Shown here: one piece after another, positions 13,400 to 26,264 of the stretch
How the letters are laid out: the number at the start of each line of letters is the position of its first letter
Numbering within the stretch: the stretch's first letter is position 1
From: Octopus vulgaris
Taxonomy: Eukaryota
Assembly (NCBI GenBank): GCA_951406725.2
Contig: OX597815.1
Location: 5,146,001-5,210,000, forward strand
Reading direction: 5' to 3'
DNA length: 64,000 nucleotides
Program-made: the position numbers and the translations under genes
Notes under the pieces: model-generated
The model's input: the letters and a program-made list of their open reading frames with translations, nothing else
What the model was told of the DNA's origin: nothing
Databases searched by the model: none

Positions 13400-13735
13400 G
13401 TCGATTAGATCATATTTTTGTCTCATGGCTATCAATTAGATACCGCCTTGCGTTGCAACATGATGTGGTTAAAATAATATACCATGTCATCTGCAGAAAA
13501 GATTGCCCTTCAGTAAATAGTCTCATGTTGAATGCAGGAAGTACTAGCGGAACATTTCCCGTCAAAAGTCCTGCCAAATGTTGATAGAACAAGTTTGATT
13601 CAAAGATGTCAGCGATAGGAAAGAAAAATGGTGGATTGTCATAGAGGTCAGCTGACCTGAACACGTGGTCGTCTCCAACAAACGCAACGAGAAAAGAATA
13701 TTTATGGAAAACTGCTTCAAGTTATATGTCTTGTA
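13400..13735 (+). pseudogene. Decayed RLE-type non-LTR fragment (same group as 10560-11490)
   Basis: SIRYRLALQHDVVKIIYH...DRKEKWWIVIEVS*P...NIYGKLL, followed by (TACA)n. Confidence 0.6.
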
Positions 13736-13769
13736 TCGTGCTATCTTACACATACATACATACATACAT

Positions 13770-13958
13770 TATGGCTGCCCCCTCGTTATCGAGTATGGCC
13801 ATTGCACGAAGCTTAACTGTTACTGGTGCTGTGATCGAATGTGACTTTTTAGCCCAGCTAAAGATCTACAATGTCTTGTACAAAATTGGCAACTAAAACC
13901 TTTACTGGTAATAGCCGGCTGTTGTTGTAACTGGGCTTCATGTACCTTTGCATGTCGT
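13770..13958 (-). mobile_element. RTE LINE 3' end (C2H2-like zinc finger, 3'UTR, (ATGT)n tail)
   Basis: [25 protein letters not shown] matches the C..C.R.C.S..GL.SH.R C-terminal finger of RTE-1-like LINEs. Confidence 0.75.
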
Positions 13959-14005
<47 letters not shown>

Positions 14006-14008
14006 TAC

Positions 14009-14045
<37 letters not shown>

Positions 14046-14066
14046 CATACATATATATACACATAT

Positions 14067-14149
<83 letters not shown>

Positions 14150-14151
<2 letters not shown>

Positions 14152-14356
14152 GTTAATCCAAACATGAACAAAGAGAAAACACAACAACGCGAGGACGTGG
14201 AACGAGTATAGTGTTATTGGACGCTTAGGAAAGGAAAGAAAATCGGAGGATTTAACGTTTCGAGCGGAGCTCTTCGTCAGAAACATAAAAAAGGAAAGGT
14301 CCAAGGAAGGGAAGACGGAGAAAGAAAATCGTCAACGATACACCCGCGGTCACATC
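14150..14356 (-). mobile_element. Hammerhead-bearing ~200-bp element (subfamily A), probably Penelope-derived and non-autonomous
   Basis: Homologous end to end with 45146-45352; its 3' end runs into (TA)n; contains the motif at 14250-14284. Confidence 0.7.
14250..14284 (-). ncRNA. Putative minimal type I hammerhead ribozyme (short palindromic stem III)
   Basis: GUUU-CUGACGA-A-GAGC(UCC)GCUC-GAAA-CG-U-U-AAAU: intact CUGANGA and GAAA core, stems I and II pair, ACGU palindrome in stem III, one extra A before stem II. Confidence 0.65.
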
Positions 14357-14375
14357 TATATATATTTTCCTACAC

Positions 14376-14433
<58 letters not shown>

Positions 14434-15106
14434 AAATTAGAAAATGGAGAAACATACTTAAATCAATCAAACATCAACCATCAGATAATACCCAATCAAT
14501 ACTTTATTACACCATTACATAACAGCAAAGGTATTATACAAAATATATTGTAAATATAATTAGACAAGGAAATAGAAATATAAAATATAAAATATAATAT
14601 ATAATTATATCATATCTGACAGCTGTTTCGGCCGTGAGGACAAGTATGCCTCATTTAACCTATAAGCCATATAAGGCAGGTATAAATGAGACATTTACTG
14701 TTAACAAAGGGCGGGATGCGTGGCATGCCGTAATTCCATAAATGGAAAGTGCATGAAATACTACAAAAAGTACACGTAGAACAGACACCAGAACCCTAAT
14801 ACTTCCACTCACTAGGATTTGGTCGGCCCAGGGCTACAGTGGAAGAGACTTGCTCAAAATGAAGCGCACTGAGATTGAAATCGAAACCACACGGTTGCTG
14901 ATTGAGTTTCTTAACCACGCGGGCCACGCGGGCCACGCGGGCCACGCAGCCCTGGCTATATTTTATATTCCCACGTTGTACGTTCTCGTTTATGCTGTTG
15001 TTCATTGGTGTAGAAGGATGGGTCCAAGAATAGCGACAGGTCCACCGAAAATCTAGGGATCTCCAGTGAATGGCGACCAAACATTGGAAAGGGATGAAGT
15101 CACCAT

Positions 15107-15159
<53 letters not shown>

Positions 15160-15682
15160 TCTATAAGTGTTATCTCTCTCTCGCTCTCTTTTTCTTTACA
15201 GTGTAAATTTCGTTGAGTAGATCTTGTTTAAATACTTCAAAGTCTAATAACGAAATTTCTTTATTTGTAAAAAAAATTCATTTCGTTTTCAGTTGCTGAA
15301 GGAAAGATGGATACTTATTTCATACAAACGTAAACTAAGTCCATTGCTGAAATATTTATCTATGATTATTTGAAAAATTCCTGTCATCATCATCATCATT
15401 ATCACCACCACCACCACCACCACCACATTCAATGTTCATACAGAACCAGGGTTAGGGTGTGGTTTTAGAGTCAAGTTTTGGCTGTTATTTCCAGCGTAGT
15501 GGTATCTCTTAGATATCCTAAATTATAATTTTAATAATATATATATATATATACATGTATGTATCTGTGTATATATAATATATATTATAATTTTAATAAT
15601 ATATATATATACATATATACATGTATATATACATGTGTGTATATATAATATAAAAGCATGTGCATATAAATGTGTAAATGTA

Positions 15683-15742
<60 letters not shown>

Positions 15743-15891
15743 GTCTTCTGCAATACATATGTATAAGGTATATACAGACACACATATATATTTCGATTTA
15801 ATGCTATAAATATATACATACACAAACACATATGTATAGATCTTATAGAATATATATTGGTGTATGTATGTATATGTATGTGTATATATGC

Positions 15892-15964
<73 letters not shown>

Positions 15965-16400
15965 TATATATATATATGTGTGTGTATATATATATGTACA
16001 TGCGCATATACGTACACACACGCCGCACATATACATATGTTCTAACCTTTTTATATAATGATTGAATTCGTGTTTCATTAAATACACGACCGTGTTCTAG
16101 TTACATCTTTTTTTTTGTTTTATATTTACTGTGTTTCCTTATTTACCGTTTTATGTTTGCTCTGGAACAGTAAAGGTTCCTAAATCCATAACCGAAACAA
16201 TACAAACGTCAGATATATTCGATTGAATCGTTGGTAATGAGACTACGAAGGTCTCGAAATATTGGACATGAATTTAGGAACGACATTGTTACGAATGGAA
16301 TATTAAAAAAAACCACCTTGATAAGATATTAAACGACAGAAATTGCATTTTGAACGAATCGTGTATTTAATAAAACATGTGTAACAGGAAAGCTCTTCCT

Positions 16401-16461
<61 letters not shown>

Positions 16462-17016
16462 GTATGTATGTATGTATGTGTGTATGTATGCGTGTATATA
16501 TGCATGTATGTATGTGTGTATGTATGTATTTATGTGTGCATGTATTCATGTATGTGCATGTATGTATGTGTGTATGTATGCATGTGTGTGTATGTGTGTG
16601 TATGTATATATGTATGTGTGTGTGTATGCGTGTATGTATGTATGTTTGTATGGATGCATATCTGTGTGTATGTATGTTTATATCTGAATATGTATGTATG
16701 TATGAGTGTATATATGTATGTATGTAAGTATGTATGTATGTATGTTTGTATGTATGTATGTATGTATGTGTGTATGTATGTGTGTGTGTATGTATGTATA
16801 TATGTATGTTTGTATTTATGTATGTATATTTATATGTATGTATGTATGTATGTATGTATGCATGTACGTATGCATGTATATATGTATGTATGTGTGTGTG
16901 TGTGTGTGTGTGCATGCGTACAATTTTAATAAAGCGAACGAGGGTCCCGCGTTTGCTAAAAACTAATAGCTAAAGAGTGATGCTACGTCTGTCGATAAAC
17001 ACATCAACCCTTCCAC

Positions 17017-17108
<92 letters not shown>

Positions 17109-17292
17109 GTCTCTCTATCTACCTACCTACCCACCTGTCCGTCTGTCTTCTGTCGATCTTACGCACTCTGATTTACAAATATACAAATTTCTAAATATTG
17201 GACGCGTTTTGCATCATTTGCAGAAGTATGCCAATCCAGACACATCACCAAGGAGAACAACAAACGCACACAAAGGCTCGTGCGCGCTCGTT

Positions 17293-17338
<46 letters not shown>

Positions 17339-17484
17339 AGAAATCGCTCCAATACACCGTGACGTTCGAACCTTTTGAACTTTTCTAAACTTTTTTGTTC
17401 TTTCTGCATTTTCCTATTCGTCGTTTCTCTCAATCCGCACTTGTTCTCTCCTGTATGATCACCTCTGACCGGCATTCTCCATGA

Positions 17485-17672
17485 TTGATCGCTAGCCTCT
17501 ATACTTTTTTTCTATTTTCTCTCCCTGTTTATTTCTCTGTTCCTTTCCGTCGAAGAGCGTAAGCTCGAAACGTAAAAGGCTTCCTCACTTCCCGAGCGTT
17601 AAACTAATACATCTGTTGGTTGTTTACACACCCGTCTTCGTGTTTTGTTTTCTTTTTGCAAACTCTCACTAT
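17485..17672 (+). mobile_element. Hammerhead-motif short element (subfamily B)
   Basis: 17542-17579 reads CCTTT-CCGTCGA-A-GAGC(GTAA)GCTC-GAAA-CG-T-A-AAAGG. Ends in (TA)n and is homologous to 26905-27102. Confidence 0.65.
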
Positions 17673-17753
17673 ATATATATATTTATATATGTATGTATTT
17701 GGTGGTCCAAATAAGTCTTTAACTTTATTTCTAGCGAGTAGACACTTATAGCG

Positions 17754-17796
<43 letters not shown>

Positions 17797-17801
17797 CTAG
17801 T

Positions 17802-17845
<44 letters not shown>

Positions 17846-18142
17846 TATACATATATATATATATCAATGAGCACGTATAGAGCAATGTAACTTAGGGCTC
17901 AAAATACATTTTTATAATTTGATACCCCTAATTATTATCTGTGCAACCCTGTCTTGTTTCAATTTGCATCTTCACCGGACGAAACCTATTTTCATAATTT
18001 GTATTTCACACATCTTTTACTTATTTCAGTTATTAAAATGCGGCCATGCTGGGGCACCGCCATCAAAGATTTTAGTCGAATAAATCGACTCCAGAAATTC
18101 TTTTCTGTTTTTAACGCCTGGGACGTAAACGGTGGTGGCGCA

Positions 18143-18191
<49 letters not shown>

Positions 18192-18696
18192 ACACATACA
18201 CACACATAAATACACACACACATAAACACACACACACACATACTCATATATATATATATATATACAGATATATCTACAGAACAGGCTTCCTCTCAGTTTC
18301 CATCTACCAAATCCAATCACAAAGCGTTGGTCGACCCGAGACTATAGTAGAATATTCTTGTGCAAAATGCCACGAACTGAACTAGAAATGGTAACGAAAT
18401 CTGAGATTATCAAAGAATTTTGGAGACTGGAGCTGAAATAGTTTGGCAAATGGCGTTTGTTTTGCTTATACTTTTTCTTGTCCTAATCAGAGGCTGTGGC
18501 CACACTGGAGCACAGTTGTTTCAGTGTATTTAATTTCTTCTTTAGTCGGAGAAGAATATGGTCTCTCTTATTGTTAAAAGAATATCTTTCCTTTACATTT
18601 TAGAACCTGGACTGGTGGGTATTGGGGCTAAAATTAAACACTAAATTACGAAACAAGAAGAGGAAACATAAATGTATAGGATAGGGTAGATATATG

Positions 18697-19797
18697 CAAG
18701 CCCAGCAAAAGTCACCAGCAGTGTCCCCCAGGGGACTGTCTTGGGTCCGCTACTCTTCATAATTTATATAAACGACCTTTCCAGTGTCGTACATTACTGC
18801 AAAGTGAAAATATTTGCTGATGACACTAAGCTCCAGCAAATCGTCAATGAAGAAGCAGACCGAACTCAACTCCAGTCTGATCTATATGCTGTGAGTCAAT
18901 GGGCAGACAGAAACAAAATGCAACTGAACGAGGGAAAATTTGAGCTGATGCATTTTGGAAGAAATTCCTCACTAAAACAGCCATACTCTCTTCCTTCAGG
19001 GGAACCGCTCACAGCCTCTAACAATATCAGAGACCTGGGTGTAATTGTTGATGACGATCTCAGTTGGAGTGCACACATCAACAAGAAGGTCGATATAGCT
19101 CGTAGGATGAGTTCCTGGATCTCAAGAACTTTCCGGTCCAGAGAACAAGGTGTCATCATACCACTTTTCTCCTCCTTTGTACGACCACATCTCGAATACT
19201 GCTGCCCACTGTGGTCTTCCCATACATGACAAAACATCTCGAGGATTGAATCACCCCTGAGGGCACTCACTAAACGAATTGAAGGCATGGTTGCTCTCGA
19301 TTATTGGGATCGCCTTAAAGCCTTGAAACTTTACTCTCTCCAGCATCGCCGTGAGTGGTACATCATTTGTACGATGTGGAGAATATACTGCCAACTTTGC
19401 CCAAACGACCCGAACATTAGCTTCAAGGTTCATCCAAGACTGGGACCACGGGCCATACGTCCCCTGCCCAATTCAAGATCACAGCATACATGCACACTGC
19501 AACATAATTTCTTTTCCTCAACAGGCCCTGCCCTATTTAACATTGTCCCGAAAGAGATCAAAGAGGAAAAGGATCCCATCAACTTAAAACGGAGTCTGGA
19601 TAGATTCCTTCAAGGAATACCAGATAAGCCACCCATAATTGGAAACAACTCACCCAACAAGAACTCACTACTTGAATGGACCATAAACAAAACTTGACTT
19701 AAACAGGATTTAGATAATCCTATCAGGTGGTGCTATTAAGTTAGACATGGCCTGGACCAATCTTTGGTCGAAACATATCTAAGTTTATCTAAGTTTA
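18697..19797 (+). pseudogene. 5'-truncated CR1/L2-group LINE: RT domain through 3'UTR, single premature stop
   Basis: SVPQGTVLGPLLFIIYINDL...KIFADDTKL (RT motifs), RDLGVIVD, RPHLEYC, LYSLQHRR. ORFs 18741-19229 and 19287-19697 share a frame separated by one TGA. Ends in a short CTAAGTTTAT repeat. Confidence 0.92.
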
Positions 19798-19801
19798 TGT
19801 A

Positions 19802-19916
<115 letters not shown>

Positions 19917-19921
19917 GTATA

Positions 19922-19971
<50 letters not shown>

Positions 19972-20259
19972 AAGGAATACCACTATCAATGATATTTCTT
20001 TTTAAAAATAATAAAATAATACACATACACACACCCACGCACAAACACACATACACGTAAATATGAGTGTGTGTATGTGTGTGTGTGTGTGTTTGTATGT
20101 ATGAATGCGCATATGCGTGTGTAGTTGTCGGAAGAGACCTCCTAAGTGTGCGTGTATGTAAATTTGTACTCCAGTCGTATTGCTTATACAAAACCACGCA
20201 CTGTGTGAGTGTGTGTATATATATGTATATATATGTATATATATATATATATGTATATC

Positions 20260-20421
20260 GGTGTAGGCGTGGCTAGGTGGTAAGATGCTTGCTTCCCAAC
20301 CACATTGTTCTGGGTTCAGTCCCACTGCGTGACACCTTGGATGAATGTCTTTTACTATGGCCTCGGGTCGACCAAGGCCTTGTGGGTGGATTTGGTAGTC
20401 GGAAACTGAAAGAAGCCCATC

Positions 20422-20477
<56 letters not shown>

Positions 20478-20690
20478 ATTTATACTCATGTGTGTATATT
20501 TCTGTGTATGTTTGACCCGCCACGATGTTGGTGTGTTTATGTCCATGTAACTTAGCGGTTCCGCACAAGTGTCCGATAGAATAAGTGCCAAGCTTACAAA
20601 GACTTAAGTCCTTGGGTCGATTTGTTCGACTAAAAGACGGTGCTCAAGCATGGCCGCAGTCAAATGACTGAAACAAATGAAAGAATATAA

Positions 20691-20694
<4 letters not shown>
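20260..20694 (+). mobile_element. SINE family B, full length (tRNA head, CORE-like segment, internal (TA)n(TG)n, LINE-like tail)
   Basis: GGCGTGGCTAGGTGGTAAG...GGGTTCAGTCCC boxes, CCTTGG..A.TGTCTT segment, GCATGGCCGCAGTCAAATGACTGAAAC tail. Confidence 0.85.
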
Positions 20695-20729
<35 letters not shown>

Positions 20730-20739
20730 TAAATAAATG

Positions 20740-20983
20740 CGCCCTTTTAAAGCCTAGCCAGGCTCATGGGTCCGATTTCCCGGTTTTTATGGCGTATGTG
20801 TTCCCCAGCTGGACAGGATGTCAGTCCATCGCAGCGTTACTCATTTTTGCCAGCTGAGTGGACTGGAGCAACGTGAAATGAAGTGTTTTGCTCAAGAACA
20901 TAACGCATCGCCCGGTCCAGGAATGGAAACCACAATTTTACGATCATAATGCTGACACCCTAACCACTTAGCCACGCGCCTCC
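20740..20983 (-). mobile_element. SINE family C (tRNA head GGAGGCGCGTGGCT.AGTGGTTAGGG)
   Basis: Head plus TTCTTGAGCAAAACACTTCATTTCACGTTGCTCCAGTCCACTCAGCTGGC body, shared with the copies at 42517 and 53007. Confidence 0.8.
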
Positions 20984-21348
20984 ACACACATATACACACA
21001 ACAATTTATACTAATGTTTTTTTTAAATAACTATTTGTATTCTTATCCTAAATGTATTGAATTTTATACTGTACATATGTATGTTATTATGGTTGTAGTT
21101 TTGTTAATTAAATAAGACAACATTCTAATATCCTAAAGTTGATGAACCTACTAATGTGTTTCTCTATTTTCTTATTTGTAATATATATACATACATATAT
21201 ATATATATATAGCGGTTCGGCAAAAGAGACCGATAGAATAAGTACAGGGCTTACAAAGAATAAGTCCCGGGGTCGATTTGCTTGACTAAAGGCGGTGCTC
21301 CAGCATGGCCGCAGTCAAATGACTGAAACAAGTAAAAGAGTAAAAGAG

Positions 21349-21467
<119 letters not shown>

Positions 21468-21537
21468 ATATGTATGTATATAGGGAATACAGATACATAT
21501 GTGTGTAAATTGCATATATGTATAGATGTAAATAAAT

Positions 21538-21584
<47 letters not shown>

Positions 21585-21992
21585 TATATATAATCACAAA
21601 AAGAAAAGAACACACGCACATGCTTGCACATATTTACGAACGCAAAGAGAAGTATATATACACACTACAGAACTGATGAATGTGAATATGTGTGCGTGTG
21701 TTGGCGCGCTCGTATGTGTGTGTGTCTGCGTAAGTTCTACGCCAGCTTTGCGCTACTATGGCTCCGCATCATCCATTGCAGCCCCGTTTTTTCATAGAGA
21801 AAATCAGTCGTAAGCTGTTGTACTTCTATTTTTTTTAAATAATAAAACGGTAACTTCCTTGGTTACGATAATTCTCATTCTATGAACAACTTCGGACTAT
21901 TCGAAGATTCTTATCGATTATTTTAAAGGAACTTGTCCAAGATATATCTTTTTTTTTTACATATACATACATACATATAAATATACATACAA

Positions 21993-22025
<33 letters not shown>

Positions 22026-22102
22026 CATGCATGCATACATACATACATGCATGCATACATACATACATACATACATACATACATACATACATACATACAT
22101 AC

Positions 22103-22147
<45 letters not shown>

Positions 22148-22572
22148 TACATACATACATACATACATACATACATACATACATACATACATACATACAT
22201 ACATACATACATACAAAGAATGGAGTTGAACTCCATTCTTTCATTTACTTGTATTAAAAAAAACACAAATTTCCACACGAAAGCACGTGATCTCTGCCCT
22301 TGGCATGCAGCTTCAACCGTGTTTTTCTGACGTGAATTTGCTACCCGGGTATCGGTTAACCGAATTATCCATACTAGGATAATTCATTCAACTACTTAAA
22401 TATATATATATATATATGTATATATAGCGGAGTAAGCCCATGAATGTGAAACAAGGTGGAAATAAAGAGTACTCAAATATCAAAGGTAGAGTAATATGCT
22501 TTATTTAAAAGCAGCAGAATTATAACAAAAGCTGTTGCTCGGAGTTTCACGTTTTGTTCTATTTAAACAAAA

Positions 22573-22610
22573 CTGTCCGACGAACGGGAACGTGAAACTC
22601 CGAGTAACAG
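22573..22610 (+). ncRNA. Putative minimal hammerhead ribozyme (U4C variant) overlapping the right arm of a 55-bp inverted repeat (22499-22553 / 22589-22643)
   Basis: CUGU-CCGACGA-ACG(GGAA)CGU-GAAA-CUC(C)GAG-U-A-ACAG; all three stems pair. Confidence 0.55.
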
Positions 22611-23305
22611 CTTTTGCTATATTTCTGCTGCTTTTAAATAAAGTATACATATATATATATATATATATATATGTATGCAGGCATACACTTACAGGTAAAC
22701 ATACACATTCACACACTCACACGCACATATACACACATGCACACATACATACATGCGCGCACAAACACACGCAAAACATGAGGACAGCAAGACTACGAGA
22801 AGCAAGAAAATGCCCCGACCAGGTGCGTGCACAAAGGCACACACACACCACATACACACACACCACATATATATACACACACACACACACCGCATACACA
22901 CACACACACACACGTATACTAATGTTTTTGTGTACAATCACGATAAAAAGTCTTTAACAGCAACGTGATAGGTTAATGTGTACTTTTGTACATTACAAAT
23001 TTATTATGTTGTTGATAGTGACTTCGAAGTTACCGCCATTTACGCCATCGTTTGACTGTATATATGTAGTTATATATATATATACATACATTGCTTTCTT
23101 GTCCCAGTTTGTATTTTTTCACACACACACACACACACACACATAAATATATATATATATGTATGTATGTATACATATATATATATATATATACATGTGT
23201 ATATTGACAAGACTGCTAGGTAGTCGGCCGTATGCTAGAAATAGATCATCAACGATCAAACTACAAATAACGCTCTCTAGAGGAAAATTCAGCATGTATG
23301 TATGT

Positions 23306-23351
<46 letters not shown>

Positions 23352-23550
23352 ATTTGGGGACGGTCATGTTGCCAGTTTAGCCAATGAATACACACGCGCT
23401 GTATATTTGGTGTTCACTTGCTCACTTGCTTCGGCTTTATTTCATATTTATTGCATTTCGACCAGAGTCCTTTCGTCACACTTCTGTGACCTCATCAACA
23501 TTTGCTTTCTTCTTTCTTTTTTGTGTCTCCCCTTCTTAACGATCTGCCAT

Positions 23551-23746
<196 letters not shown>

Positions 23747-24106
23747 CATATATATATATATATATGTAGGGTATATTTCGTTAGGAACGTATTAGTGTAT
23801 AAAATAAAGCTGGTTCACGCTTAGTATTACTATAGCCGGTAGTATTACGGTATACTAGGATTACAAACGGGGACAACAATTATATATCACCTGAGAAGGT
23901 GCAACTGGATCCCATTATACAGGTAAACCGTTGATTAATTTAAACCCTGTGTATATATGGACCTATGCTGTATCGAAACCTGTGTAGTGTTTATTAAATT
24001 GCTGCCTGTATGTACACATTTTAACTTCTAGACTCTGTCCAATTATATACATACATGCATACATACATACATATAAATATATATATATATATTTATTTAT
24101 TAATAT

Positions 24107-24192
<86 letters not shown>

Positions 24193-24779
24193 GTATGTAT
24201 TTATGTAAGTATATGCACACTTGTAAGTGGGTTTGGTAGACGGAAACTGAAAGAAGCCTGTCGCATATATATATATAAATGCATGTATATATTTATGTGC
24301 GTGTGTGTTTGTGTCTGTGTTTGTTCCCCCAGCCCACAACCGTCGCGTGACAAGCGACGTTGGTGTGTTTCTGTCCACGTAACTTAGCAGTTCGGCAAAA
24401 GCGACCGATAGAATAAGTACCAGGCTTACAAAGAATAAGAGAGAGAGAGGGGGGAAGGAGGGAGGGAGGGATAGAGATGGAGAAGTGATGGATAGAAGAA
24501 TAAAGACAAAACGAAAGATCATTCACACACACACATACAAACATACCTTTCCATCTTTACTCAGGTATACCGTCCAGGTAGTACCCAATCGGCCGACAAA
24601 CTCTTCCCGTAACCTTCATTTGTACCCCAAGTTTTGGTCGACGTTTAAATATACATAAATGTTCTCTTTAGAATCTAAATTGATACAAGTTGTTTGTCTG
24701 TTTATAATTGAATTATTCTCTTATAGGTTTGGTGATGCAAACAGGAAAATAGAACTCAATACATGAGTATGTGTGTGTA

Positions 24780-24822
<43 letters not shown>

Positions 24823-24823
24823 A

Positions 24824-25665
24824 GGCGGCGAGCTAGCAGAAACGTTAGCACGCCGGATGAAATGCTTAGCGGTATTTCGTCTGTCGTTACGTTGTGAGTT
24901 CAAATTCCGCCGAGGTTGACTTTGCCTTTCATCCTTTCGGGGTCGATGAATTAAGTACCAGTTCCGCACTGGGGTCGATGTTATCGACTTAATACCTATG
25001 TCCGTCCTTGTTTGTCCCCTCTATGTTTAGCCCCTTGTGGGTAATAAAGAAATAGGTATTTCGTCTGTCTTTACGTTCGGAGTTCAAATGCCGCCGCGGT
25101 TGACTTTGCTTTTCATCCTTTCGGGGTCTATAAATTAAGTACCAGTGAAACACTGGGGCCGATTTAAACGATTACTCTCCACCCCCCACAAATTTTAGGC
25201 CTTGTGTCTTTAGTAGAAAGGATTATTATTATTATTATTATTGTTATTAATATTTAGTAGACGTAAGGCGGCGAGCTGGCAGAAACGTTAAGCACGCCGG
25301 ATGAAATGCGTAGCGGTATTTCGTCGGCTGTTACGTTCTGAGTTCAAATTCTGCCGAGGTAGACTTTGCCTTTCATCTTTTCGGGGTTGATTAAATAAGT
25401 ACCTGTTACGCACTGGGGTCGATATAATCGTCTTAATCCGTTTGTCTGTCCTTGTTTGTCCTCTCTGTGTTTAGCCCCTTGTGGGTAGTAAAGAATTAGG
25501 TATTTCGTCTGCTGCTACGTTCTAAGTTCAAATTCCGCCGAGGTCGACTTTGCCTTTCATCCTTTCGGTGTCGATAAGTTAAGTACCAGTTGCGCACTAG
25601 AGTCGATCTAATCGACCAGCCTCTACCCCAAAACTTCGGGCCTTGTGCCTAGAGTCGAAAAGAAG
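24824..25665 (+). mobile_element. Two adjacent SINE family A dimers in (TTA)n context
   Basis: GGCGGCGAGCT heads at 24824 and ~25267, each followed by two body units. Confidence 0.85.
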
Positions 25666-25746
25666 ATTTAGCAAAGCAAACACAACAGAAGGTTGCGTGT
25701 ATATACTGGCGACAACAGTACTTCCCTAGACAGTTCCGGAACAAAT

Positions 25747-25784
<38 letters not shown>

Positions 25785-25792
25785 CATACGTA

Positions 25793-25997
25793 CGATAATA
25801 CCTCGACTATCGCGGGTGTTATGTTTCAAAACACCTCACGATAAGTGATAATCCGCGACGTAGAAACAGTACTGTATATATATATTTTTTATAATTTGTG
25901 TATATTTATTTTATTATAAATGCAAAACAACAGCACGGAGGAATCGACGTAATAATAAACCGCGATAAGTGAACCGCGATATGGCGAGGGATTACAG
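25793..25997. mobile_element. Tc1/mariner-superfamily (pogo/Tigger-like) MITE with TA target duplication
   Basis: TA|CGATAATACCTCGACTATCGCGG ... CCGCGATATGGCGAGGGATTACAG|TA, imperfect terminal inverted repeats. Confidence 0.65.
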
Positions 25998-26175
25998 TAT
26001 ATATCTTGTATCTATCTTTTTTCTTTCTTTCTTTATCTCTCTCTCACTCTCAATACACACACACACACACACACACATACACACACACACACACACACGC
26101 ACACACACACTATTTATATATATATATATGAAATAGTACATATATACGTTGATATATATATATATAATGTTTGGA

Positions 26176-26264
<89 letters not shown>

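Noticed and set aside
14915-14949. (CCACGCGGG)3 tandem
   Set aside because: Local slippage inside a decayed SINE head; no evidence of function.
16230-16270. GAGAC-loop-GTCTC-GAAA hammerhead-like stem
   Set aside because: No CUGANGA core or convincing stem I.
20260-20340. tRNA-like sequences at SINE heads as tRNA genes
   Set aside because: A/B boxes are present but there is no complete cloverleaf, and they continue into SINE bodies.
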